Shown here one piece after another: positions 1 through 15,250 of a stretch of 64,000 bases of DNA; the stretch's first letter is position 1; each line of letters opens with the position of its first letter. The notes under the pieces are model-generated. The model was not told where the DNA came from, did not search any database, and saw only the letters and a program-made list of their open reading frames with translations. This DNA is from Geosiphon pyriformis uo1 (lineage: Eukaryota > Fungi > Glomeromycota), in assembly GCA_016748015.1 (NCBI GenBank), contig JAAOMT010000577.1:248001-312000 (forward strand), written 5' to 3'. The translations under genes and the position numbers were made by a program.

Positions 1-497
1 TACTTGAACAAATGGCATTTTTATCACAAATTATTAACTTCACCACAATACCATAATTCGCCAAAATAACACATTAAATTATAATATGTGATATATTTTG
101 TATTTATAATTAGATGAAAATTATATGAACAGACAAAGAATAAATTCAGAGTAAAATAATATATTGCAAAGTAAAATGTATTGAACATAATCATTTTTTA
201 AAAGTTGTGTTTTATGTTTTTGTTATTCATGATTATATAGCTGAAAATTTTCAGGCTACTTATTTTGGAATTATTTTTAATTAAATCTTGAATTAAAAAT
301 TTTTTTTGATTAATAACAAATAAGTCATCGATTTTAACAAGAATTGAAAGCACAAGGAATCGGACTTTTTTATATTTTTATATTAATGAATGCTTTTTAG
401 TAGTGTAGTTTAATACGACAAAGAACCAAAAAACCAATTTAAAGAAGCTTTTAATCCTGATTTCCGATGGAAGAACTAGATGGTTCTAATTTAGCGG

Positions 498-582
498 TGA
501 TGATGATAATGATGATAATGATAATGATGATAATGATAATGATGATAATGATAATGATGATGATGATAATGATGATGATGAT
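498..582. repeat. (GAT/AAT)n microsatellite
   Basis: Run of gatgataat/gatgat triplets visible in sequence. Confidence 0.9.
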
Positions 583-2735
583 TTAATCAACACTTCGCTC
601 CCACGATTACCAGGAACGGACCAATTACGACAAAAAGACCCAAAGTTATCATCAAAAACTGTTGTTTATGTAAATATTTTGATATAAAGAACATATGGAA
701 ATTCAACTTCGACGATCCTCGATTACTTATCAAAAATTTTGAATAAAGAAAGAGGTAAAATCTTCAACTTATAAGATGAAAAAGTTGTAGTGGAAACTAT
801 TAAAATATTGTGTCGAAAGTGGTACTTGAACGTTTTATTAAAAAGTTGTTGTAGAAATTCAAATCATTCAATTATATCAGTTTATATGGATTGTGAAAAG
901 ATGGTCTTTTTAGATACTTTGAGATGATAAAAATCATATTTATCTAGAATAATTTATATCTCAAAAAGTCCTAATTCAAATTTAAATGTTTTATTTTTTC
1001 TCTTTAAAAAATTTATTATAGCCTAATGTGAATTCATTTAGATATTCATCACATATATTATTTAATTTAAATCAATTATTTTGAAAAAAGAAAAAAAAAC
1101 CGATCGATATCACTGTGCGATCATAGTAATTATTTAAATTGCTTCCCATATATAAACTTCTTTTAGAATGTTGAATGAACCGAATAAGTAATTTATTTTT
1201 GATATTGAGTCAATTGGTTTTTATTAATCTTTGAATAGACTAGTTTAATTTTTGATTGTTTACATAATTAACGCTGTAATCATAAAATTTAGCTCTTATT
1301 GGATTGGGGTTCCTTACTTAATCATTATAGAGGGAATAATGATTTAAATTTATCGCATTAATACCGTTTTAGGGAAAAAAAGAAAGAAGAATATTTTTTA
1401 AAAAATTCTAAAAATTAAAATCTTAAAATAAGCAGTGAAAAAATCTAAAATCGATTGGACACAAAGACAAAAAAGTTTCTCATTATATGTACATGCATAA
1501 TCTTTTTTCGGGAGCTGATTGGCCGTCATAATTTCTCGTTAGAATTCTCGAGTTTCAAGTTATTCGTCTCAGAATATTCTTATAACGCACTTTCTATTCA
1601 ATTGTTATAAGTCATTTTTCGAAATTAAATTTAGTTTAGTTTTATATAAGGTTTAAAATTTTTTAAAGTTTACCAAAAATGAAACTAAACACAGATTCAT
1701 GTTGGAAAAATTGGAAAATTGTTCGAGCTACCTACAAAATATTAATAGCTTTCAAATTCTGACAGCCTTGATACTCTGTTATAACGAAACAATATTTTAA
1801 AAAATTTAAAATTTCCTCACTTTATAGAAAAAAAAGTAGTACAAAAGAAGGATATTTGGTTTTAATAATTATTTATTTGAATATAAAAAAATAACCTTTT
1901 AATGTAATTTTTAAAATGATAAATAAATGGCCTTCCTAGTAATATTGCGTTTAATTTTTTTAAAAACAATTTTCTTGAATTCAAAATCATGACCAATTTT
2001 TTTTATTTTTTATTTTATAAATTATAAAGTTTTATTTCACACCAAAAAACTTTATTTAAAAAAAGTTTTTAAAACAAAAATTTTAATTGAATTTAAAATA
2101 TATATATGTTTCAATTAATGATATTTTGAATTTTTGAAAATAAAATATATCTAAATTGGAATTAATAAAAAATTAGTACTAAAAAATAAACTGAAATAAA
2201 AAAAAATTATAATTCATAATTCATAATTTATATTTGTTTGTTTTTTATCTTTTTCTAAAGTAAAAAAAAAAAAATGTTTATTTCAATTTTTTTCTCAAAA
2301 TAATAATCATTTTATCAGCTTTTATGAATAATTCAATTTAACTGAAAAAAATTATAGCTTTTAAATCTATTGCAATAACTTAAAATTAATTATAAAAAAA
2401 ACCATTCAATCTATATACTATATTTATATGTCTAATTTTTATTTTTAATAATTAATATTAAAATATTTACTTGGGAAATTTAATTTTAACTTGATTACAT
2501 AAAATAAAAGTGTAAATTTTATTTTTATTTTTAGTCCTTTTACTAATTTTTTTTTATAATACAGAAATAAAATCTGCATTAGTCGCATTGAATAATCAAA
2601 TCAGTGTTTTAAAATTTAATTTTTTTTTCTAATCAGATTTACAAAAATGAAATCTTTTTAAATCAAAAAAAATATTTGATAAAAAAATCATTTATTAAAG
2701 GAATTGAAGAATCAAATATATATATATATATATTG

Positions 2736-4322
2736 TCAATCATCCATTGAATCTTTGGAATGAAATTCACTAGGATGATATATCGTGTAACCAATACTAA
2801 CCAACTCTCCTTCATCATCTGGCACCGATAATTGATGCAATCGTTGAGCAAATGACGAAAAGGTACTTCCCATAGTACCAAAAAATTTTCCACCCCGTGA
2901 AGCAACAATCAAATCTACCAGTGGTACAAAATATTGATACAACGGGGCATTATCTCTTTGGTTTCGCACCATGGTTAATGGTAATAATTGATCGGTGAAA
3001 TTGCTGAGTGTGAATACACAGGAAAAGGTTGAAAAAATCGGTGCGAGAGCTGGATCTTCCGGAACAAGATCTGTAGCCATAAAAATTGGTTGATTGTCGA
3101 ATTCAGGATTTAATGATGGGATCGCGCGTTGTGGGCATGCTGTTTGATAAGATTGAACTAGGGCGGGGAGCGTACCGTTAGCCTTTATTGCTGACATCAT
3201 ATGTTCAACTATTTCCCCGAGATGTGTTTGGTAACCATGATCTCCAAGTCGCCAATGAGACCCAATAAAATTTCCGACACCACCTAATCTTGTCACAATA
3301 CTATCGACAACTTGTAATAAAGTTTTATGACCAAATACTAGATTCCTTTTTATGAAATCTCTGGATTCAACATTATTGGGCAAATGTGTAAGGATCCGAG
3401 TCGAACTGAATAGACTGGAAAAAAAAATCAATCTCTCTTTTCGTTCCTGATATTTACACAAACTCATTCGTGCCAGAAACGGTGTCTGTTTATCTGTCTT
3501 TCTTAATTCGTCAAATAACTGATAATCATATCGTGACGAACTCCTCGTGTGATAAGTCTCATTAACATTCAACATCTCATATAAATTCTTTTCCGAGAAA
3601 TCATCCCGATTCATGATCCGAATATGTTTTCTCAATTTTGAAAAATCAAATAACTGATCCCATGGCATCAACGTATATGAATAAAATCTTTCCACACATC
3701 TTGAAGTATCTTTCGAGTTTTTTGAATGACAATCCGATAATCGTTTGTCAGGTTTTAGAAATGATAAAATCCCTTCCAATCTCCCAGGGAACGCAGACCA
3801 AGACACAATTTTTCCAAAAATTATAGGAGGCATAACCAGTGTCCTGTTAGTGTACCATGCTAGAAAAATTGCATTTTCTAATTCGATTCTTTGATTGTGA
3901 AAACCGCTATGTGGTAAATAAGTTAAAAAATTTTCTTGATTCGGGGACCCAAACTTTTCATCGAGAACACATTTTGAAATGTCTGGTTTAAAATTACCAT
4001 TTCCTATTTTAGTTTTATGTTTCGGGGTGAATGTCTTTTCTAAAACTGGCATTGGTTCTTTCTGGGGATATTTTGAAGTAAAAAAACGATCGAAATTCCA
4101 AAGCTCAAGATTAACGAAAAAAAAGTAACCAAAGACGAATGAAATAAAAGTAATTAAAAGAATTGCTGGTCTTGAAAAAAGTCTTTTAAAGAAAATACGC
4201 GTCCTTATGTGGCGTCCTGAACCATATTTTACGAATGGATATTTCGATTGAGATTTTTGAGGCAAGTTCCATCTTGAATATGGTGATTGGTTATATGCCA
4301 ATATTGGCATTTGTGAGTTCAT
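2736..4322 (-). CDS. GDP-fucose protein O-fucosyltransferase-like glycosyltransferase (O-FucT family), type II membrane protein
   Basis: 528-aa intronless ORF; N-terminal TM (AILLITFISFVFGYFFFV); YLPHSGFHNQRIELENA..RTLVMPP, FIGSHWRLGD, IFMATD and FFGTMGSTFS motifs typical of fungal O-FucT-like proteins. Confidence 0.85.
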   Translation of the reverse strand: MNSQMPILAYNQSPYSRWNLPQKSQSKYPFVKYGSGRHIRTRIFFKRLFSRPAILLITFISFVFGYFFFVNLELWNFDRFFTSKYPQKEPMPVLEKTFTPKHKTKIGNGNFKPDISKCVLDEKFGSPNQENFLTYLPHSGFHNQRIELENAIFLAWYTNRTLVMPPIIFGKIVSWSAFPGRLEGILSFLKPDKRLSDCHSKNSKDTSRCVERFYSYTLMPWDQLFDFSKLRKHIRIMNRDDFSEKNLYEMLNVNETYHTRSSSRYDYQLFDELRKTDKQTPFLARMSLCKYQERKERLIFFSSLFSSTRILTHLPNNVESRDFIKRNLVFGHKTLLQVVDSIVTRLGGVGNFIGSHWRLGDHGYQTHLGEIVEHMMSAIKANGTLPALVQSYQTACPQRAIPSLNPEFDNQPIFMATDLVPEDPALAPIFSTFSCVFTLSNFTDQLLPLTMVRNQRDNAPLYQYFVPLVDLIVASRGGKFFGTMGSTFSSFAQRLHQLSVPDDEGELVSIGYTIYHPSEFHSKDSMDD

Positions 4323-6163
4323 TTTTCCAAGAAATTTGTGAATATTTTACTTTTTTCTAGTTTTGCGAAAATATTTCTTTAATCGAGCTGGTTTCTGCCC
4401 CTTCCAACTTGAATAGAAAAAAAAATGGTGAAAAGAATTTTGATAAAAATAACAAGAAAAAACTATCAAAAGTGTAGTTATATGGCAGTTCGTCTAACAT
4501 TGGTCGATCATTAGAATATGGAAGCGGTCTATTTTCCTATCAGCTAGCTAAAATTTATTTGACTTAAATAATTATATGTAATTAGAAATTTGTGAAACCT
4601 AATTTGTAGAAAGGAATATTCTCTGGTGAATTTTAAGCATTCATTCACATATTCACGAGTGGTTAAATACAATTGTGAGATTTTAATGATGTGAACAAAC
4701 ATTTTTATTATTATTATTTATTTACAAATTAATATACAATACCTGGCTTACTAATCATCATATTGTTCTCTCTGGAATTGGGAAATCTAACTTAGAAACT
4801 TTATACAAGACCTTATAAAATTGTTAAAAGGTCAAAAAAAAATGTGTTTTAATTTATTCAACAATAAAATATGCATTGAACTCTATTCATCTTTCATTCA
4901 AACTTTCAAAGGGCAAAATTTCATTGACAATTAGTTGCTTTGTTTATGAAAAAATCTAATAAAAATCACATAAATTTTATTTTTTTCTAATTTGTTTTCA
5001 AATATTCTCTTATTTTGTTTTTGAAACAAACTTTTTTATAATTTTGTAAATAGTTTGTTTTCTTTAAAAAAGATTATAAGTTAAAGATATGACAAAATAT
5101 AAAAAAAAGTCTTGTAAAATATTTTTTAAATTTAATTTCAATTCTTAATTCAAGAATTTCAATTTTCTATTATTCTTAAAATTTTTTTTATAGATCCAGA
5201 AATGATAAGATCTTAGTAGAAAAAATGTAAAAACTTTTTGAATAAAAAGTAAACTATAACTATAGCATGAATAGATAGTAAATTACTTCGTGATGAAAAT
5301 TGACCAATTATCTTTAACAATATAATGGCTTTAGTTGAAAAAAATATATATCTGGTTAAAAAATTTTGATTAATTTTTACTAGTAGGGAATTCGAGAATG
5401 TAAAAAATTATAATTTTATATTTCAATATATGTATTTAGTTTATTGAATTAATTTAAAAATATATCTCGACTACTAAAATGATTTTGCTTTAAACATGGC
5501 CACTTTTGAAAGGGATGGTTATTTTAAAAAAAGTTTTAATGGGCAAGTTTAACAATTAAAGCTATTATGTTCGGTCAACCATGTATGGGTAAAAATTTAC
5601 AGAATGACCAATGGAAATAAATAAGTTTCCCAATTTCTAAAAAATCTAATGACGAGAGATACAATATTGGTATACTGAAACTGAATATTAGATTCCGGGT
5701 ATTGAAGATTGTAATAGCTAAAGAAAAAAATATAATAATGGCTTGTATAGAGTCTATCAATGTCCTGACTTTTTCTATAATGCTCGAAAAAAGTTTAGAA
5801 AGAATATGGTAAGAATTTGAAATAAAATCTTTTCAGTATAAATATTATCTTTAACATGCAAAATTGGTAAGATTTCTCGGGGGATTTAAAATTAAAATAT
5901 AATCTAAATTTTAGGAAAAAGATCCAGTAGAAGATGGATTAAGTAATTTTAATTTATAGTTTAAGATAACTTTTTAACATTTCTATCTTTAATAACGAAA
6001 ATGATTTGAATTTTTATATTTTTAATCTTTTTGTTTTTTTCTAGCCAAAACCTGGGATGTTTTAAGTGTTCAAAAATTCAGTTTACAACCACCTTTCAAT
6101 TATCGTACTTTGTGACCTCAAAAATATTTTTTCTTAAAAAAATTTCATTTTTGAATTTACCAA

Positions 6164-7860
<1,697 letters not shown>

Positions 7861-9180
7861 TTGAATAGTAGAGCAAAACAATAGAGCTCTAAAGTCTTCT
7901 TGTAAGAAGTAATTCAAAAAATAAAAAAAAATGGTATCTTTTAATCTTAATTTAGGGCTTAATATTATTTTAATGTTTTTGTCAACAAAACAAAATAAAA
8001 CGATTTTAAACAAATTTTAATATCTCGAATTTTATTTTGGTTAGGAAGAAGTTTAAATTACGTCGAATTTTTTACTTTGCACCCATTTTAATTGATTTCA
8101 CCAAGACCAAAAGGAAGCAATATTCATATTTCATCAACAATTGATCATCGGAGTATCAAAGATCGTTATGAAAAATTAGATACATATTTTTTTTTGTTTG
8201 GTGATTTATGAGTTGGGAATTTTCCCAATCGGTTTTGTATCCTTTAAATTTTATTTAGCTTTAAAGGTAGATGCAATAAGTTTGAGAATTTTGTGTGAGT
8301 TCACATGGGAGCTATCTAGTAATAGCTAGGTAACAACTTTTGATTCCAATAAAACTCTTGATTTTTTCGATATTTCCTTTTTAATGAAAATGGGCTTGTA
8401 AATTTTTTTTTAGGGAATAAGAAAATCTATCCAAAGCTATTCAGAAGATGGGAAAAAGTGTCCAAGATTAGTTAGATAATTTTTTTATTCTGACCCCAAT
8501 CCATGTTTTATAAACTGGAAATAAGATTTTCCCTTAATACTTTGAAAGTTTGTAAGGCATTAAGAATAATATTTTAAAATTATCTTATTTGAATCTTTAA
8601 AATAAAATATTATTATCGAGAACTCATTAAAAAGAAATTTCTTTTATTTGGAAATTTTATTCTTAAACTTGGAAAATTTCAATCTAACCTCTAGTTAGTA
8701 ATTTTCCAAAATTAATCTAAATTTTATTATTCTTTTGCATACAGTAAAAATAATCAAGTATTTGAAAAAAAAATTAGTTTCAAAATAAATGACAAAACTT
8801 TTCATTCTTAAAGTAAATTACTACTGTTTTGTTTAAATCTTTATACATTTGGTTCCTAAATTTTTTTCTGCCATTTTTAAAAATATAGAAATCTTTTAAC
8901 ACAAAAAATATAAATTAAAAGAATGAGAGAATAACTTAAAGTCAAAATGCGAAAAAAAAAAAAATTTCGCTTGAGAATTTCAAATAAAGTAAAACACGAT
9001 GAATGGAAGCTTTGTTGAAATATAAATGTTCAAGGCAGTGATTCAAAGCCGTTAATATATTTGATACAAAGGCTAATTCCTGAATATATATATATATATA
9101 TATGATAGAATCTAGTATTAAAGAAATTGCAAAAGGAAAGAGTCAGTGTACAAAATTTTTGAAAATCTTTTCAATAATTT

Positions 9181-9960
9181 TTATGGGTACGTCAACAATT
9201 GAGTCTTAATCTCTAAATCATACTGATCACAGGAATTCTCGGCACAAAAATTATCACGATAGTCTTGCGCGAACCCTGCTAATCGACTACTTAAATCTGA
9301 TTTCATCACTTCTAGAATGAGATCGACGTTCACTTCTTCCAAAATGTCAACCCTATCCAATGTTTCTCTTACACCGTGTAACAATATATCCAGAAATTCT
9401 CCACTAACTGCTGTAGCTAAAACCTCATTAACACTATCGACATTTCTCTTCTTAATCATATCTAAAAAATGACAGATTGATGGAGGATTTCCACAAATAT
9501 AATCCATTTTTTCACAGTCGTCCATTTTCCAAATTTGAGGAAGTTTCGGCTGTTTTACACGAAAAGGATGATTACAATCCCCACGGAATTGAGGTGTTTT
9601 TTTAAATATGGAATCTTCGATTACAGTTGGAAGTCGAGAATTAAATATAGTTGAAAAATTCTTAGCTTCATGCACTAAGGAAGCAACAATTTTTGAGATT
9701 AGAACAGGATGTTCTTCTACGGCTAAGGAATTTCCTATGTTCAATGTTGGAAGTGGTGTTTGTGCCAAGTCATTATAAAAGTCATCCCATATTTGGGAAG
9801 TTGCTATGGCATATTTTTCTGAAAATGTTGTGCTTATTCCAATTCTACATGTTTTTTCACAAGCTTTAGCTATGGGTATTATGAAAAGGTTTAAAATTAT
9901 AAATAGTAAAAATGAAAACCGAATTTTACTTTTTATCTGATTGAAAATTAAAGATTTCAT
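9181..9960 (-). CDS. secreted Cys-rich uncharacterised protein
   Basis: Intronless ORF; first ATG at 9960 (the track start at 9987 is TTG); signal peptide ending AKA-C; CEKTC, GDCNHP, CEKMDYICGNPPSICHF, CAENSC motifs. Confidence 0.75.
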   Translation of the reverse strand: MKSLIFNQIKSKIRFSFLLFIILNLFIIPIAKACEKTCRIGISTTFSEKYAIATSQIWDDFYNDLAQTPLPTLNIGNSLAVEEHPVLISKIVASLVHEAKNFSTIFNSRLPTVIEDSIFKKTPQFRGDCNHPFRVKQPKLPQIWKMDDCEKMDYICGNPPSICHFLDMIKKRNVDSVNEVLATAVSGEFLDILLHGVRETLDRVDILEEVNVDLILEVMKSDLSSRLAGFAQDYRDNFCAENSCDQYDLEIKTQLLTYP

Positions 9961-10042
9961 TTTTTTGCTTGAGAAAGATTTATTCAAAGAATAGATAAAG
10001 ATTATGGGATTAAAAGTTTTTAAAATTTTCTAATTTCAAAAA

Positions 10043-10112
10043 AAAGAAGAAGAAGAAGAAGAAGAAGAAGAAGAAGAAGAAGAAGAAGAAGAAGAAGAAG
10101 AAGAAGAAGAAG
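10043..10112. repeat. (GAA)n microsatellite
   Basis: Perfect gaa run upstream of the 9960 gene. Confidence 0.95.
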
Positions 10113-10957
10113 GGAAATATGCAATTGAAAAAAAATTAATTTCAAACCTTTATATATATATATATATATATTAATGCAAATTCTATATGTTTAATAGAGT
10201 ACGAAATTAATAATCTCGTTCTTTGACATTTATTGTTGGTCTATTATCCAGTCAATATGCACCGCATTTATTGTTTCTTAATATTTTCATTGTCTGAAAC
10301 GTTGGACACGCATAGTCTTACGAAATTCTGAATCATTTACAGGCCCGAAAAAATAAATCCGCAAAGGGATGCACAACATACATCTCATAAATACTTTATA
10401 ACCCAAAATATTCTAGGAGTTTTTATTCCGTTTATTTCAAATGGATTTAAATCTTGATTTTTTTACTTTTAATGAAGCAACAGTTTAGGAAATTATCATT
10501 GCGGTAAAAAAAATTAATTCTATCAGAAGGATCTATCTCGGATTACCTCAAAAATCTCACATAATGGGATCGTTTTTCCAGAACCAAAGTATTTCTAAAA
10601 ATATTTTCAGATCGGATTTTAATACTAAACTAAATATACCCTTCCCAATTTAAATTCACTTTTTGTAAAAATTCCTTGGTTTAGTTAAAAGAAACTGCTT
10701 ATTATATGCAAAGATATATATTTAAATTCAATTTATTTTCAAATTATAAAAAATATTTAATCAAATTTTGCATTCCTACAGTTGTAAGTTTTTATAAATA
10801 CTTTTTGAATTACCTAAATTCTGATTTTTATCTCGTTTTTCGTCCCAATTTATCATTATACTTTCTTGTATGCTACAAGAAAATAATTCCAATAAGAAAT
10901 AAAAATTGAGAAAACTAAATACTCAAAAGATATTTTGAGCTTTCGAGATTCTAGTCA

Positions 10958-11840
10958 TCAAATAGTTAAGCTCCATTGAAAATTTTCTTGTAGCCAAGTA
11001 TTTAACAACTTTTCCCAAAGCTTTCTTTTTTTAATCTGTAACCCATCAATGATAGTAAGTTGATGGTGAGGTTCTGGGCCGAGCAATTGGTCATATTTAT
11101 AGGCTCCTTGTATTGGGCACGTCTCATCTTCAGATCCATGCACAGTAAGAACCCTGACCTTTGCCTTATTAATATTGCGTGTAATAGACATATCCAAAGC
11201 TGCTCGTTTTTTCAAGTCTTCCTGTCTTATAAAATACTCACGATCTTCGTTCTGTCCATCCATAGCCCAGAAAAATGTACCTTTTTCTTGCAATTCTTTC
11301 AGTTGCCCATAAGTGAACAGAGAAAGTGAGGCTTGGGCAAAGTCATAAGGCGCTGATATACTGACCACCAATGGGACATCTTGATAACGAGATGCGTACA
11401 AAAGAACTACTGCAGCACCTCTACTATGTCCTATTGTACTAATAACATTTAATTGCAAGATTTTACGCGTGTACGAAATAATCTTTTGTAAGTTCGATAC
11501 TTCTTCAAAGTAGTTTCCATAATCTTATGTAAGTGTTATAGAATATAGCGTAATATTTAGAAAACATGACACAAATTAAATAAAAGAGTAAGTCAATTAT
11601 AGAATCATACTAGTTGTTCCTCCGCTCTCGCCGTTTCCCTGAAAATCGAAAACAATTGTGTGATAGGGAAGCCTTTCAGTGAGGGCACTAAGGGTGTGAA
11701 ACTCTTTGGTACTTCTCAAACCATGACAAAGAACGATAGCCCCTTCTTTCTGAGGTTGTTTTTTTATTTGAAGTACTCCACATAGAGAGAACCCATTCTC
11801 CGTATCAAATTCAAAATTTCTTGGTTGACAAAATTGTCAT
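10958..11840 (-). pseudogene. alpha/beta hydrolase (serine hydrolase), probably disrupted
   Basis: Two exons: IVLCHG..FDFQGNGESGGTT | NYGNYFEEV..GHSRG..VHGSEDETCP. The ATG at 11840 is out of frame by +1 (A4 run 11813-11816), and the expected catalytic His after IIDG is absent (IIDGLQIKK). Confidence 0.7.
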
Positions 11841-12305
11841 AGTTAATTATTTCATGTGGTTAAACAATGGGATGGGGATATTTTGAGTTGATCATTTTTT
11901 AGCATAATCATTTAATAGCTGAAATCCGAATTCCCAACCAATTAGGTTACGACGCTTTTTTGGATGAGCCCCCCACAACGTGACTTTTCGAAAAATGATT
12001 TTTTCCAGACCTTGATTATTATGGATGAATTCATTTTATATTTGTTGGAATGTTGAAAAATCCGATATCTCTGTTCTCGATCGCCTCAGTGCCAAGTCAA
12101 ATGGAGGGGTGAAAAAGTATTAAATTAGATATAATTTTTATGTCCAATCCTCACAAACTTTTACTCATCCCTTTCCCAGAAAAAAGAAAGTTGGAATAAA
12201 ACATAATCTAAAAATTTTACTTCACGTTCAAAGTGAACGCTTAATGCTGAACACCAAGTATCCGAGATTAATCTTACCAACTACTTTTAAAGTTTTCAGT
12301 TATTA

Positions 12306-12380
<75 letters not shown>

Positions 12381-12742
12381 CTTTATAATAGATTTTGTTA
12401 AATTCTCGTAACCTCTGACTTAACAAAGAACTCTAATCAAAAATATTATAACTTGATACGTGTTTTTAATCTCTTGATGACTATAACAAAATAATTTGAA
12501 TTTCAAAAAAGTATTTTTTTGAGATTTTTATTCATTTAATAAAAGTACATGTATAAAGCAAAAGGACTTTGTAAGAAAATCTTATTTGAATGAATAATCA
12601 TTTGTCTTTTGCATGCATTTCACCTTTTGATTTACGATTTGTAAAAACTTTATATATTTTCATTCAAAAAGAGAAAAATAATGTTGATACTAATTTAAAT
12701 CAAAATATCTTACAACTTTCACACATATAGTAAATCATCAAT

Positions 12743-14134
12743 TTAATACTCTAGATTGTAATGAGGAATAAAAATTGGATCAAAATCGAGATATTCTTTA
12801 GATTTTGGTTCAACGTCAACTACTCTTATATCCGGCTTGAATTTTTCAGATTGTCCGTTATTCTTTACACCGGATTTTAAAAAAGTCTTCTTCCTTTTCT
12901 TGAATGTTGATGAAACAAAAGCGGAGATTCTGAAGGAAATTCGTTTTTTTGTCGAAGCAAACAATAACCTCGTCCTTCGATTAGGATTCTTTCTGACCGT
13001 TGGAATATTAACGCTTACAAAGGATGGGAAGTTTTGACTTGTTGTTTCTCGTCCCATATCACTTAATCCTTTCGAATGTCTTCCTTTATCGTATAACATC
13101 TTCGCAGGCGTTGTTACTTGGTCAACAATCCCATCGCGTTTGCACAATTTGAGACGTTCTTGCGCAACTTTATTTCCAATCGCAGCCGATTGTTTATAAC
13201 ACCGATAAGCGGCAAGGTAATCAGATCGAGTACCAATCCCTTCTCGATAACAATCTCCAACGTACAATAAACCCACCGAATTTCCAGCCATTGCAGCCTT
13301 TGAAGACCATACAAATGCTAAATAATCGTTCTTTGCCACACCACATCCATCAAAATAGCAATTGGCCAGTCGTACGGCTGCATCAGCGTTCTTACCATTT
13401 GCCGATGCTTTGTACCATCGAAATGCCTCGTTCTCATTAATCAATGTCCCTTTTCCATCACGATAAAAATCACCAAGATGTAATTGACTCAGAGTATGTC
13501 CTTTTTCAGCGGCTGCTTTAAACCATTCAAATGCCTTTAAATGGTTAACTGGAGTTCCAACACCATATCTATAAAACATTGCTAATTGTCCTTGCCCTAA
13601 CCCGTAACCACCTTTTGCCGATTTCGTATACCAGTAAAGCGCGTCATCAACGCTTATTTTGGTACCAAATCCTTGACGATAACAATTGGCCAATTGATAT
13701 TGAGCTGCTGGAAAGCCATTTACCGCCGACCTTCTATACCAAACAAAAGCCAAATGATGATCTGGATCAACGCCAAATCCATTCTGATAACACCATCCAA
13801 TCTTATACTGAACAAATGGGTCGACAACTAACGAAGCCGATTGTTTATACCAGAAGAAAGCTTTTTGTTCATCAACCAAAGTTCCGATTCCAAGATTATA
13901 TAAATATGCCAGTAAAGCTATAAAATCAACATTATGCCTTCTTTTCTCGACTAATTCAAAAATCTCTTGGTATTGATATCGTTGAGCTTTGCTCCATTTT
14001 TTCAGAATTTCTGATATTTTAGCGTCGCTTTGGTAATCATCTTTAACGGTGTTAAATAATGTTAAAAGTTTCATTGCGGCTGATTGTCGATGAAGGTTTG
14101 AAACCCATGTTAAAAATGAAAATTTAGATTTCAT
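12743..14134 (-). CDS. Sel1-like repeat protein
   Basis: 463-aa intronless ORF with about 7 SLR repeats (AQYQLANCYRQGFGT..ALYWYTKSA) and a basic C-tail. Confidence 0.92.
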   Translation of the reverse strand: MKSKFSFLTWVSNLHRQSAAMKLLTLFNTVKDDYQSDAKISEILKKWSKAQRYQYQEIFELVEKRRHNVDFIALLAYLYNLGIGTLVDEQKAFFWYKQSASLVVDPFVQYKIGWCYQNGFGVDPDHHLAFVWYRRSAVNGFPAAQYQLANCYRQGFGTKISVDDALYWYTKSAKGGYGLGQGQLAMFYRYGVGTPVNHLKAFEWFKAAAEKGHTLSQLHLGDFYRDGKGTLINENEAFRWYKASANGKNADAAVRLANCYFDGCGVAKNDYLAFVWSSKAAMAGNSVGLLYVGDCYREGIGTRSDYLAAYRCYKQSAAIGNKVAQERLKLCKRDGIVDQVTTPAKMLYDKGRHSKGLSDMGRETTSQNFPSFVSVNIPTVRKNPNRRTRLLFASTKKRISFRISAFVSSTFKKRKKTFLKSGVKNNGQSEKFKPDIRVVDVEPKSKEYLDFDPIFIPHYNLEY

Positions 14135-15053
14135 TTTTGAATAAATGAATGAATAAAAGTTTAATAATTAAAAAAACAAAAATGATTTTGACTTGGTGAT
14201 AAGTCTTAAAAAAATAAGCATTTTATTCTTATTTTTTTAAAAAAAGTTTGCTCTGTTGAAACGGAAAACAATTTTGCTATTTTTTTTTTATTTAAAACAG
14301 GCTTCGTCACGTCCACTCATAAATACACATTACATATTGTAATGGTGAAATTTGTGATATCATGCTGTAATCCGCGAGAAAACAAAAAATTACCCCGGTT
14401 TCTTCCTCAGAAAAACGTTTCAATAATAAAGTTTACAAATAAATGATTTGTTACAAAGATCGACTCGGTAATCTCCCGAATTTCTAACAAGTGATCGTTA
14501 AAATACTCCGTTGAAGATGATATCTCCGGGGGTTCTACTTTAATGAAGATGGCTTAGAAGATTGGATAAATTTTATCTTGTGCGTATGGATGGAGCTCAA
14601 AACCGTGTTTTTTCCTGATAGATCGGCTTGGTCGGAGGAAAGTTTTTCACTATGGCTTGGCAATGTTTTTGATCATATTAAAAGAATTTTCGAGAAGGTA
14701 ATACTTTTTACTCCCAAATATCATTGGGACAAATATTCCCAAAATTTTAAATCATAAATTTGTTTCCTACATTTCTAGATCGATAACACAGAAAAAAGGT
14801 TTAGCCGAAAATTAATAGAATTATTTGAGTAAGTAAATAAAGTCAATTATGACCCTCTCTTATTTTGAAAAATGATTTAAAATGACTAGAAAATTGGAAA
14901 ATAATTATCAAGTTACATTTAACGACCACCATGACTAAATCAAAAATTCAATAGGGGGCAAATTTGAAGTTATTCCGAAAACCTGTATTAAAAAAGATGT
15001 TAAATGTTTCATTCAGGATTTAGAAATATTGTTAATCCGAAATTGAAGAAAAC

Positions 15054-15092
<39 letters not shown>

Positions 15093-15209
15093 TTGTAAAA
15101 CTGCGTCGTTAAATAATTTGAGTATAGAACAAATTAAATGATTACTTTTCTATAAATTATATATATATATTATGAAGCAAATAGGCTTGTAATTTTAGGA
15201 GTTCTATCA

Positions 15210-15250
<41 letters not shown>

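Noticed and set aside
580-930. Degenerate reading frame after the GAT repeat
   Set aside because: Contains stops and no recognisable motif.
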